Made by a program: the position numbers and the translations under genes | Source: Aliivibrio fischeri ES114 | GTDB lineage: Bacteria; Pseudomonadota; Gammaproteobacteria; Enterobacterales; Vibrionaceae | Assembly: GCF_000011805.1 (NCBI RefSeq) | Contig: NC_006841.2 | Reading direction: 5' to 3' (one strand) | DNA: 32,000 nucleotides | Part shown: piece after piece, positions 9,815-18,597 of the stretch | Numbering within the stretch: the stretch's first letter is position 1 | Layout: the number at the start of each line of letters is the position of its first letter | The notes under the pieces: generated by a model | What the model was told of the DNA's origin: nothing | Seen by the model: only the letters and a program-made list of their open reading frames with translations | Database searches by the model: none

Positions 9815-12800
9815 ATGATGAAAATAACTATAGATAAACAAACATTCACTATCGATGAAGAGATAACACTTTTAGCAGCTGCAAAGGAATGCAATGTCGA
9901 AATCCCTTCACTATGCGGAAACAATATCAATGGTGAGAAAGTACCATGTGATTTATGCGTAGTTGAAATTGAAGGTCAAGGAATTCAACGAGCTTGTGAA
10001 ACTCAAGCGGTTGATGGTATGCAAGTGATCACTTCGTCTGAAGCGTTAGTAAAACGTCGTCAAAGTGCATTAAATAAAATTCTTTCTGATCATTACGCTG
10101 ATTGTGAAGCGCCATGCCAAACTGCGTGCCCAGCGGGCGTAGATATACAGTCGTATCTGTACCACATTTCACAAGATAATCATCAAAAAGCCATTGAGGT
10201 CATTAAACGAACATTGCCAATGCCATTATCTATTGGTCGTGTTTGTCCTGCGTTCTGTGAAGCGGAATGTCGTCGTGGTTTGGTTGATGAGCCATTAGCT
10301 ATTCGTCAGTTAAAGCGTCATGCGGCTGACGTGGACTTGCATGCTCAAGAATCTTACGTACCACCAAAGAAGGCAGATAAAGGTAAATCCATTGCTGTGA
10401 TTGGCAGTGGTCCGGGTGGATTAACCTGTGGTTATTATCTGACTAATGAGGGTTACAGTGTAACGGTGTTTGAATCGATGCCTAAAGCTGGCGGTTGGCT
10501 ACGCTATGGTATTCCTGAATATCGTTTACCAAAGTCGATTTTAGATAAAGAAATCGAATTAATGTGCCGCAACGGTATGGAAATTCAAACGTCTGTGAAA
10601 CTAGGTGAGGATTTCTCATTAACACAGCTAAGTGATGAGTATGACGCAGTCTGTTTAGCGGTCGGTGCTTCAAAAGCCGTTGAAATGCATTATCAAGGCA
10701 GTGAGCTTGGTGGTTGTTATTTAGGTGTTGATTACCTAAAAGATTACGTAACTGAATCTAAATTAACAACAGGTAAAAAAGTAGCGGTTATTGGTGGTGG
10801 CAACACGGCGATTGACTGTGCTCGTACAGCGGTGCGTGATGGTGCTGATACTACTTTGATTTATCGCCGTACTCGTGAAGAGATGCCAGCAGAAGATTAT
10901 GAAGTGGTTGAAGCTGAACATGAAGGTGTTAAGTTCCATTTTTTAACTAACCCTGTTGAAAATATTGCTGATGAAAATGGACGAGTAGCTCAAGTTCGTT
11001 TGGAGAAAATGGCATTAGGTGAACCTGATGCGTCTGGTCGTCGTAGTCCTCAGGCAACCGGTGAATTTTTCATTGAAGAGTTTGATACCGTGATTTCTGC
11101 GGTATCACAAAAACCGGATTTAAGCTTTTTAGAGAACGATACGATTGATTTGCCACTGACTCGTTGGAATACCGCTGACGCAAACAGTTTGACAATGCAC
11201 AGTGGTGTGAAAAATATTTTTAGCATCGGTGATTTCCGTCGTGGTCCTGCAACGGCGATTGAAGCGGTTGCTGATGGTCGTATTGCTGCAGAAGCGATTG
11301 ATCGTTTCTTTAACGGTGACATGGAGAAAATCCCAACTAAACCGTTTAATTCTCAAAAAGAGAAGAAGACTAAGCAAGTTGATCCTAAGCATTTTGAACA
11401 TATCCAAAAAGCAATGCGTGTCATCATGCCTGAGTTAACGGCAGAGCAACGTGAACAAAGCTTTGATGAAGTTGAAACTGGCTTTGATAACTTGGATGCA
11501 ATACGTGAAGCTGAGCGTTGCTTAGAGTGTGCATGTCAGGCAAATACTAATTGTGGACTGCGTGATTACGCAACGGAATATAAAGCGGATGAAACGGATT
11601 TAAGCAACGAAAGTAAACAGAAGTTTGCTATCGATACCAGCTCTGAATTCATCGTGTTTGATGCCAACCGTTGTATTAGTTGTGGTCAATGTGTTGAAGC
11701 GTGTAACGAAAAAGGTGTGCATGGTGTATTAAGCTTCATGAAAAATGAAGATGGAACCAATGCCTCTCGTCCGGAATGTCGTGCAGGGTTTGAGCACGGT
11801 TATCAAATGGGTAACTCAAACTGTGTGCAATGTGGTGCGTGTGTTCAAGCGTGTCCTGTTGGCGCATTGGTTGATTCTCGTGATAAATCTCAAGGTCGAA
11901 TCGAAGTTTTAAAACCCGTTGATACGATTTGTACATACTGCGGTGTGGGTTGTAAGTTAACCATGATGGTTGATGAATCAACAAACAAAATTAAATACGT
12001 TCAAGGCGCTAAATCGTCTCCAGTGAACGAAGGCATGCTGTGTGTTAAAGGTCGCTTTGGTTTTGATTTTGTCAGCAGTGATGAGCGCTTAAAAACACCG
12101 TTAATTCGTAAAAATGGTGAGTTAGTTCCTGCAAGTTGGGAAGAGGCGATCACATTAGTTGCTGATAAGTTCAGTACCATTAAATCTCAACATGGCGGTA
12201 ATGCGCTAGCTGGATTCTCGTCGGCAAAAACCACCAATGAAGATAACTACGCATTCCAAAAATTGGTACGTCGTGAGTTTGAAACCAATAACCTTGATCA
12301 CTGTGCACGTTTATGTCACTCAACGACAGTAACGGGCTTAGAAGCGTCTATTGGTAGTGGGGCAATGACCAATGATATTCCAAGTATTAAACATTCTGAT
12401 TTGATCTTTATTATTGGTTCAGATACCACATCAGCTCACCCGATCATTGCTTCTCACATTAAACAAGCCACCCGTCATCACGGTGCTCGTTTGATTGTTG
12501 CGGATCCAAAGCAAGTAGATATCTCTGATCATGCTGAGCTGTATGTAGCACAACGTCCGGGTACGGATGTGATGCTACTTAACGGTATTATGCAGCAGAT
12601 CATCAAAAATAACTGGCACGATCAGGCATACATCGCTGAACGTGTTGAAGGTTTTGATGAACTAAAAGCAGAAGTTATGTCAGAGGCGTATTCACCTGAG
12701 AAAATTGAGTTAATCACAGGCGTAAAAGCACAAGATGTGATTGAAATGGCACGTTACATTGGTACTGCTAAACGTACTGCTATTTATTATTCAATGGGTA

Positions 12801-13978
12801 TTACGCAGCATACGACGGGCCATGATAACGTTCGATCTATTGCTAACTTACAAATGCTGTGTGGCAACATTGGTATTGAAGGTGGTGGTATTAATCCACT
12901 TCGTGGTCAATCAAACGTACAAGGTGCGTGTGATATGGGGGCATTGCCAACAGATTTCCCAGGTTACCAAAAGGTCGAGAATCCTGCGGTTTATGAGAAA
13001 TTTGTAAAAGCGTGGAATAAGCCAACATTGCCAAGTAAGAAAGGCTTAACATTAACAGAAATCATTGATGCAGCCTGCCATGAACAAGTAAAAGGTCTAT
13101 TTGTCATGGGTGAGAACCCAGTATTGAGTGACCCTGATCAAGCACACGTTATTCACGGTTTAGAGAAATTAGATTTCCTAGTTGTACAAGATATCTTTAT
13201 GACAGAAACCGCAGCGTATGCTGATGTGATTTTACCGTCGTGCTCATTTGCAGAAAAAGCGGGTCATTTTACCAATACTGAGCGCCGTGTTCAGCGTATC
13301 TCACCTGCGGTAAATCCTCCGGGTGAAGCGAAAGAAGATTGGTGGATCATTCAAGAAATTGCTAATGCAATGGGCGGCGAATGGAATTACCAATCGGTTG
13401 AAGATATTACAGAGGAAATCACTCAAGTGACGCCTCAGTACCAAGGTATGCATTGGGATGCGATTGGTAAAAATGGACTTCAATGGCCGTGTAATGATGC
13501 AAACCCACAAGGCACTCGCATTATGCATAATCAGCAGTTCTTACGTGGTAAAGGCCAAATGGCAGCGGTTCCATTTAGATATGCGGCAGAGCTTCCAGAT
13601 GAAGAGTATCCATTAGTATTAACAACGGGTCGCTTATTGGAGCAGTACCATACAGGCACCATGACACGTAAAACCAAAGGGTTGAACAACCTTGCTGGTC
13701 CGCGCGCTATGATGAGTGTGGCAGATGCTGAGCGCTTAGGTATTTCAAACAGTGAGATGGTTCGAGTATCAACACGCCGTGGTACGATTGAAGCACCAGC
13801 GTTTGTGACTAAGCGTATGCAAGAAGGAGTGATATTTGTACCGTTCCATTTTGTGGAAGCGGCAGCGAATAAACTGACCACAACAGCACTTGATCCTCAT
13901 GCCAAGATCCCTGAGTTTAAAGTCGCAGCAGTGAAGGTAGAAAAGGTATTACAACCAGAACCTGAAGTCTGTGTATAA
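9815..13978 (+). CDS. fused formate-dehydrogenase-alpha-like oxidoreductase: N-terminal 2Fe-2S, GltD-like FAD/NAD(P) reductase, 4Fe-4S domains, molybdopterin domain
   Basis: N-terminal ferredoxin-like domain; CQTACPAGVDI; FAD motif IAVIGSGPGGLTCGYYLTNEGYSVTVFE; second nucleotide motif VAVIGGGNTAIDCARTA; CISCGQCVEACNEKG and CVQCGACVQACPVGAL; FDH alpha CTYCGVGCKLTM, CARLCHS active-site loop and C-terminal molybdopterin-binding region. Confidence 0.93.
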   Translation: MMKITIDKQTFTIDEEITLLAAAKECNVEIPSLCGNNINGEKVPCDLCVVEIEGQGIQRACETQAVDGMQVITSSEALVKRRQSALNKILSDHYADCEAPCQTACPAGVDIQSYLYHISQDNHQKAIEVIKRTLPMPLSIGRVCPAFCEAECRRGLVDEPLAIRQLKRHAADVDLHAQESYVPPKKADKGKSIAVIGSGPGGLTCGYYLTNEGYSVTVFESMPKAGGWLRYGIPEYRLPKSILDKEIELMCRNGMEIQTSVKLGEDFSLTQLSDEYDAVCLAVGASKAVEMHYQGSELGGCYLGVDYLKDYVTESKLTTGKKVAVIGGGNTAIDCARTAVRDGADTTLIYRRTREEMPAEDYEVVEAEHEGVKFHFLTNPVENIADENGRVAQVRLEKMALGEPDASGRRSPQATGEFFIEEFDTVISAVSQKPDLSFLENDTIDLPLTRWNTADANSLTMHSGVKNIFSIGDFRRGPATAIEAVADGRIAAEAIDRFFNGDMEKIPTKPFNSQKEKKTKQVDPKHFEHIQKAMRVIMPELTAEQREQSFDEVETGFDNLDAIREAERCLECACQANTNCGLRDYATEYKADETDLSNESKQKFAIDTSSEFIVFDANRCISCGQCVEACNEKGVHGVLSFMKNEDGTNASRPECRAGFEHGYQMGNSNCVQCGACVQACPVGALVDSRDKSQGRIEVLKPVDTICTYCGVGCKLTMMVDESTNKIKYVQGAKSSPVNEGMLCVKGRFGFDFVSSDERLKTPLIRKNGELVPASWEEAITLVADKFSTIKSQHGGNALAGFSSAKTTNEDNYAFQKLVRREFETNNLDHCARLCHSTTVTGLEASIGSGAMTNDIPSIKHSDLIFIIGSDTTSAHPIIASHIKQATRHHGARLIVADPKQVDISDHAELYVAQRPGTDVMLLNGIMQQIIKNNWHDQAYIAERVEGFDELKAEVMSEAYSPEKIELITGVKAQDVIEMARYIGTAKRTAIYYSMGITQHTTGHDNVRSIANLQMLCGNIGIEGGGINPLRGQSNVQGACDMGALPTDFPGYQKVENPAVYEKFVKAWNKPTLPSKKGLTLTEIIDAACHEQVKGLFVMGENPVLSDPDQAHVIHGLEKLDFLVVQDIFMTETAAYADVILPSCSFAEKAGHFTNTERRVQRISPAVNPPGEAKEDWWIIQEIANAMGGEWNYQSVEDITEEITQVTPQYQGMHWDAIGKNGLQWPCNDANPQGTRIMHNQQFLRGKGQMAAVPFRYAAELPDEEYPLVLTTGRLLEQYHTGTMTRKTKGLNNLAGPRAMMSVADAERLGISNSEMVRVSTRRGTIEAPAFVTKRMQEGVIFVPFHFVEAAANKLTTTALDPHAKIPEFKVAAVKVEKVLQPEPEVCV

Positions 13979-13998
13979 ATAATGTAATAACGTAAAAT

Positions 13999-14035
13999 AA
14001 AATGCCCGATGATTTGAGTAATCATCGGGCATTTT
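13999..14035. terminator. strong bidirectional intrinsic terminator
   Basis: AAAATGCCCGATGATT-tgagt-AATCATCGGGCATTTT, a perfect 16-bp stem, T-rich on both sides, between convergent genes. Confidence 0.9.
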
Positions 14036-14060
14036 TTATGTTTAGAAGTAGTGTTATGAA

Positions 14061-15290
14061 TTACTTATTGTTGCTAGCGTTCAACTCTGCAATTTTCACA
14101 ATCACATCAACCGCTTGTTTCATGCCATTAATCGTAATGAATTCATGAATACCGTGGAAGTTATAACCACCTGTAAAGATATTAGGGCAAGGTAAACCCA
14201 TAAAAGATAAACGAGCGCCATCCGTACCGCCACGAATAGGCTTGATATCAGGTTGAATGTCACACGCTGTCATTGCTTCTTTAGCTAGTTCAATCACGTG
14301 TGGGTGAGGTTCTACCATTTCACGCATATTAAAGTAGCTATCGGTTAAGACTAATTCAACACGACCTTTCTCTAATTTTGCATTTAATTCATTCACTTTT
14401 TGCTGCATAAAGGCTTTACGCTCAGCCATACCTTCACGGCTAAAATCACGAACAATATAACCAAGTTCGGTTTTGGCTACGCCTGCGTTCATTGATTTTA
14501 AATGATAGAAACCTTCATAGCCTTCGGTGCCTTCTGGTGTTTCATCTGCTGGCATCATCATTTGAAATTGAGCCGCGATATTCATGGAGTTAACCATCTT
14601 ACCTTTAGCCGTACCCGGGTGAACATTCACACCATGACAAATGACATCCGCACTTGTGGCATTAAAGTTTTCATATTCTAATTCACCCACAGGGCCACCA
14701 TCGATAGTGTAAGCCCACTTTGCATTGAATTTCTTAACATCAAATAGGTTTGCGCCACGTCCAATCTCTTCATCAGGAGTAAAGCCGACACAAATATCAC
14801 CGTGTGGGATCTCTGGGTTCGCTTTTAATACAGCAATGGCAGTTAGGATTTCGGCAATGCCAGCTTTATTATCAGCACCAAGTAAAGTCGTACCATCTGT
14901 GGTGATCAAATCGTGACCGATTAAGTTGAGTAAGTCAGGGAACTGGCTTGGTGTTAACTCTTCACCACTAGTGCCAAGGGTTATTATGTCGCCTTGATAA
15001 TTATTGATGATTTGTGGTTTTACATTTTCACCTGATGCATCAGGGGCTGTGTCCATGTGAGCAATAAAGCCAATTGCAGGCACATCATAGTCTACGTTTG
15101 AAGGCAAACGCCCCATGACATAACCATTTTCATCAATAGAGACATCAGAAAGTTCTAATTCATTTAATTCAGAAACTAGTTGGTTAGCCAAATTGAATTG
15201 TTTTTCAGTGCTTGGACATTGTGGTGCAGAAGGATTGGATTGAGTATCAATACTCACATAAGAAAGAAAGCGTTCTACAAGGTCTTTCAT
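14061..15290 (-). CDS. pepT: peptidase T (tripeptidase)
   Basis: [19 protein letters not shown]...[11 protein letters not shown]...[19 protein letters not shown]...PDEEIGRGA...[24 protein letters not shown]. The listed ORF starts at 15341, but homology suggests the ATG at 15290. Confidence 0.95.
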   Translation of the reverse strand: MKDLVERFLSYVSIDTQSNPSAPQCPSTEKQFNLANQLVSELNELELSDVSIDENGYVMGRLPSNVDYDVPAIGFIAHMDTAPDASGENVKPQIINNYQGDIITLGTSGEELTPSQFPDLLNLIGHDLITTDGTTLLGADNKAGIAEILTAIAVLKANPEIPHGDICVGFTPDEEIGRGANLFDVKKFNAKWAYTIDGGPVGELEYENFNATSADVICHGVNVHPGTAKGKMVNSMNIAAQFQMMMPADETPEGTEGYEGFYHLKSMNAGVAKTELGYIVRDFSREGMAERKAFMQQKVNELNAKLEKGRVELVLTDSYFNMREMVEPHPHVIELAKEAMTACDIQPDIKPIRGGTDGARLSFMGLPCPNIFTGGYNFHGIHEFITINGMKQAVDVIVKIAELNASNNK

Positions 15291-15424
15291 GATATTCACT
15301 CTATGTAATTGAAAACAAAATTGAGTGAAAGTATTGATCAAAAAGGTATTTTAAAGTTTGCGATGGGTCATAAAAAACAAAGTGGTTAGCGCATATTTAG
15401 ATTATATGCGCTAAGTAAAAATAG

Positions 15425-15805
15425 TTATTTCTTATCTTTAGCTTTTAAGATGAAACCAAATTGTTCAATTAAATTACTGATAGATTTAAACAACATAGTA
15501 CGTTCTGATTTCGAGTATTTTGATAGTTCCTGATGGAACTCAATAACATCAGACATTGTGACCCCTAGCCAGTCGGGAATATTATCACTACCTGAAATGA
15601 TCCAACCAATCTCTTTTCTCAGAATAAAGCTTAAAGGGATCAATTTGGATATATGAGGGCTAGAAAGTCCGCTAGTCCAGTTAATTACCGTTCTTGTAGA
15701 GACGTCACATGCTGTAGCAATTTGAGAATTAGATAGTCCTAGCTCTGTTTTTCTTGCCTCGATCCGTCGAGAAATGCTTTCCATAGAGGTGCTTTCATCT
15801 AACAC
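15425..15805 (-). CDS. XRE-family helix-turn-helix protein
   Basis: SRRIEARKTELGLSNSQIATACDVSTRTVINWTSGLSSP helix-turn-helix signature. Confidence 0.75.
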   Translation of the reverse strand: MLDESTSMESISRRIEARKTELGLSNSQIATACDVSTRTVINWTSGLSSPHISKLIPLSFILRKEIGWIISGSDNIPDWLGVTMSDVIEFHQELSKYSKSERTMLFKSISNLIEQFGFILKAKDKK

Positions 15806-16036
15806 AATTATATACCTCGGAAATGTTAATTTTTAAAAACGGTTTCATTATTGAGAGAAATAATATTTCAGACTTTTATAGTTACATAAGAAATAAAGTT
15901 CATTTTGTGATTTTATTCTAAATAATAGGAACTATGCACTTTATTTAAGATGTTCTTTCTTTCAAGAATAAACGTTTTTAAATCGTCGAATTTTAAAAGA
16001 GTTAACACGAATATGTGATAACTAGATGTTGCGTGT

Positions 16037-16090
16037 TAAGATAAAAGTAAATTAATTTATTTTTATCTTATTGATTATTATCCAATAAGA
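16037..16090. repeat. near-perfect 34-bp palindrome overlapping a second inverted repeat
   Basis: TAAGATAAAAGTAAATT|AATTTATTTTTATCTTA (16037-16070, 16 of 17 pairs) and TCTTATTG-N9-CAATAAGA (16066-16073 / 16083-16090). Confidence 0.7.
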
Positions 16091-16357
16091 GTGTATCGGA
16101 TTGATTGTATGGCTGCATATTAATCATATTTAGATAGTATTGCAAATAGTTTATAGAATAAATATCTAATTAATTAATGTGAAAGTGTTTTATAATGTTA
16201 TTATTATTTTAATATGTGTATGGGATAGGTTTTTAAATACATTCCATTCATTTTCTATTAATAACTTGTTCACTATGGTGAAATATGATTAGATATACTT
16301 TTATTAAGGTAATGTATTAATTTATGGTTAATTGTTTGTGTGTTTTTAGGGGGGGGA

Positions 16358-17146
16358 ATGGCAATAGCAAGACATATTCAAGCATCGGTTACTTTTGATA
16401 CTTTGCCATCGGACATTTATCTATTATTTGATGCATTTCGCTCTAACACAGAGACAAGATCTCATTCTCACTCTTGGGGGCAATTACAAATTATAAGTGG
16501 AGGGATTTTAGAGTTAGAAGCAGAAGGGCATCGTTTTTTAGCACCTTCTCATTTTGCTATATGGGTACCTGCTGGTGTGCAACACCAAAGTTATAATCGA
16601 AAACCGATAGCGTATTGTTCGGTAAATATTATCCCTGAACTTGCGAAACAATTACCTGACCATACTTGTTTATTAGAAGTTAGCCCTTTAGTTGAAGTTT
16701 TAATTGCGGAATTACGTGAGAATAAGATCCAGCAAGCTCAGAATGAACAGCAGGAAAGGTTAATTCATGTTCTTTTTGATCAGCTGCTAATTGCTAAGCA
16801 GAGTGAGCGATTTTTACCTACATCACAAGATAAGTTGCTTAAACCTATTTTAGAGGCGCTAGAAGCGAATCCTGCAGATGAAACATCTTTAGCTCAATGG
16901 GCAGAAAGAAATCATACAACAGAAAGAACATTGGCTCGTCATTGCCAAAATGAATTAGGCATGAGTTTTACTGAATGGCGCTTACGGATCCGGTACCTTT
17001 ATTCTTTGGATTTATTGCGAAAGAAGATGTCGATTAAAGAAATTGCGTTTAGTTTAGGCTATAACCAAACCAGTCCTTTTATCACTATGTTTAAACGATA
17101 CGCGGATTGCACTCCCGAGCAGTATAAATTAAAACATTCAATATAA
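16358..17146 (+). CDS. AraC-family transcriptional regulator with cupin-like sensor domain
   Basis: Cupin-like N-terminus (HSHSWGQLQIISGG...FAIWVPAGVQHQSY) and AraC HTH C-terminus (MSIKEIAFSLGYNQTSPFITMFKRYADCTPEQYK). The track start is a GTG at 16340; the ATG at 16358 after the G tract is more likely. Confidence 0.92.
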   Translation: MAIARHIQASVTFDTLPSDIYLLFDAFRSNTETRSHSHSWGQLQIISGGILELEAEGHRFLAPSHFAIWVPAGVQHQSYNRKPIAYCSVNIIPELAKQLPDHTCLLEVSPLVEVLIAELRENKIQQAQNEQQERLIHVLFDQLLIAKQSERFLPTSQDKLLKPILEALEANPADETSLAQWAERNHTTERTLARHCQNELGMSFTEWRLRIRYLYSLDLLRKKMSIKEIAFSLGYNQTSPFITMFKRYADCTPEQYKLKHSI

Positions 17147-17371
17147 TCTATTAACGCTGGTCGTTTTTTGAGCGAATCTAAAAGAAAAAAATACGATAAA
17201 TAAAAAACTTAAGGGAATAATGGCTGCAGTAATTTCAAGCCAGTAAGTACCTGAAAATAAACTACTTAAAATCAAATGGCCTACAATAGATAGAAGAGCA
17301 CAGAGAATAGCAATTAGAATCAGTTTTAGTTCTGGTGACATAAGCATTTTATTGATAATTAGTGTTGTCAT
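17138..17371 (-). CDS. small hydrophobic membrane protein, unknown function
   Basis: 77 aa with two predicted TM stretches (LILIAILCALLSIVGHLILSSLF; LEITAAIIPLSFLFIVFFSF). Convergent with, and overlapping by 9 bp, the AraC gene. An internal Met may be the true start. Confidence 0.55.
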   Translation of the reverse strand: MTTLIINKMLMSPELKLILIAILCALLSIVGHLILSSLFSGTYWLEITAAIIPLSFLFIVFFSFRFAQKTTSVNRLY

Positions 17372-17407
17372 TACTTTAACACGAGTGTGTCTACGAAAAA
17401 GGATTAG

Positions 17408-17782
17408 ATGTGTGATGAGGAGAGCAGAGTGATACGAAATGAATATATTGATTATCTATTAGCGAAACCATGCTGTGAAGATTCTTTTCCATTTGGTCCT
17501 GAAGCTCATGTTTTTAAGGTATTTAATAAAATGTTTGCACTTATAGGGTATAGGAATGAACAGTTAAGCATTACCCTTAAAGCGGCACCGGAAGATGTTA
17601 CGTTTTTAACGGAGGAATTTACCTCTATTGAACGAGGTTATCATATGAACAAAAAGCATTGGATAACCATTACGCCTTCAAGTGATATTACAGTCAGTAT
17701 GATAGAAGCGTGGATTGATGACTCATATTCTCTGGTTACATCAAAGTTAACCAAATTAGAGAAAAGTCAGATTAAAAAATAA
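17408..17782 (+). CDS. MmcQ/YjbR family protein
   Basis: EYIDYLLAKPCCEDSFPFGPEAHVFKVFNKMFALIG...LSITLKAAPEDVTFL...RGYHMNKKHWITI...IDDSYSLV matches the YjbR/MmcQ pattern. A GTG about 21 bp downstream of the listed start follows GAGGAG and may be the real start. Confidence 0.88.
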   Translation: MCDEESRVIRNEYIDYLLAKPCCEDSFPFGPEAHVFKVFNKMFALIGYRNEQLSITLKAAPEDVTFLTEEFTSIERGYHMNKKHWITITPSSDITVSMIEAWIDDSYSLVTSKLTKLEKSQIKK

Positions 17783-17847
17783 CAACACAACGACTTCTTC
17801 TATTTAGACGTTCAAAGTATGTACTAGATCAATACGGTTGGTAAAAC

Positions 17848-17872
17848 AGCCATTTCCAATGTGAAAATGGCT
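17848..17872. terminator. bidirectional terminator-like hairpin
   Basis: AGCCATTT-ccaatgtga-AAATGGCT followed by TTTT, between convergent genes. Confidence 0.6.
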
Positions 17873-17877
17873 TTTCA

Positions 17878-18438
17878 TTAAAGACTAAAACAGCTGTTAA
17901 GTTGGTATTCATCTCCATTCTTGGCTGTATATTCTTTATCTACTTGATGAGCTTTAATGTGTGAACTGCTGTCACGCTTTATTAAACTAATCCAATGACG
18001 CATAGCCGCTAAGCTAAAGTCCTGACTGAACGTTGTGCATGTTTCTATTTCTACATCAGCTATGGTAACCAGTGAATCTTTACCTGGCGTATGAAGACCA
18101 AAAATAATTTCAACATGACTGCCACTGTTGTCTTTTAATAAAATAGTATCAGGCGATGATCTGTGTCCTGTGAAAGCAACAAATTTTCCTGGATTGCGTA
18201 ATCCACTGCAACCACCATCTTTAAAGAAAACTACTAAATGATGATAATCAAGTAAGTAGTTAGTAACGTCTTGATGTGAGCCTTTTGTTAGTGGGAATAA
18301 TTGGTCAAGAAGACCTTTGATTTGATGTTGTTTCTCTTCTTGTTTTGCTTCCATTTTTTCGACGGCATAAACAGCTTCAGCCATAAACGGAGTTTCATGT
18401 TGTGTATTACTTTCTTTGTTTATATTGGTAATCGCCAT
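17878..18438 (-). CDS. stand-alone protein resembling the non-catalytic middle segment of malate synthase G
   Basis: LLDQLFPLTKGSHQDVTNYLLD...LRNPGKFVAFTGHRSSPDTILLKDNSGSHVEIIFGLHTPGKDSLVTIADVEIET...HIKAHQVDKEYTAKNGDEYQLN aligns, from recalled sequence, with E. coli GlcB FLDESLPLENGSYQDVV...[34 protein letters not shown]...HINDVIVEAA...YTAADGSEISL. Start chosen at the ATG at 18438 (MAITNINKES), not the 48-codon upstream extension. Confidence 0.75.
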   Translation of the reverse strand: MAITNINKESNTQHETPFMAEAVYAVEKMEAKQEEKQHQIKGLLDQLFPLTKGSHQDVTNYLLDYHHLVVFFKDGGCSGLRNPGKFVAFTGHRSSPDTILLKDNSGSHVEIIFGLHTPGKDSLVTIADVEIETCTTFSQDFSLAAMRHWISLIKRDSSSHIKAHQVDKEYTAKNGDEYQLNSCFSL

Positions 18439-18597
18439 AATGGTACCCTCGAAAAAGTCTTTATCTAATACCGATTTAATTATCAGCATTGTTAGGTAAG
18501 TCACACTGGTCAGAGTTGTTTGCTTACTTAAATTGAAGCTTAGCTTAATTTTAACTACAATTTCACAACAAAAACTTAACAATGTGAATTTTACAAG

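Noticed and set aside
9523-9930. 135-aa minus-strand ORF in the glpA/FDH intergenic region
   Set aside because: Low-complexity AT-rich translation, overlaps the FDH-like start and the likely regulatory region, no recognisable family.
11050-13881. Group of ORFs antisense to or out of frame with the FDH-like gene (11050, 11129, 11229, 11736, 12741, 13301, 13531)
   Set aside because: All sit within a well-supported long CDS and show no recognisable domains; typical shadow ORFs of a long coding region.
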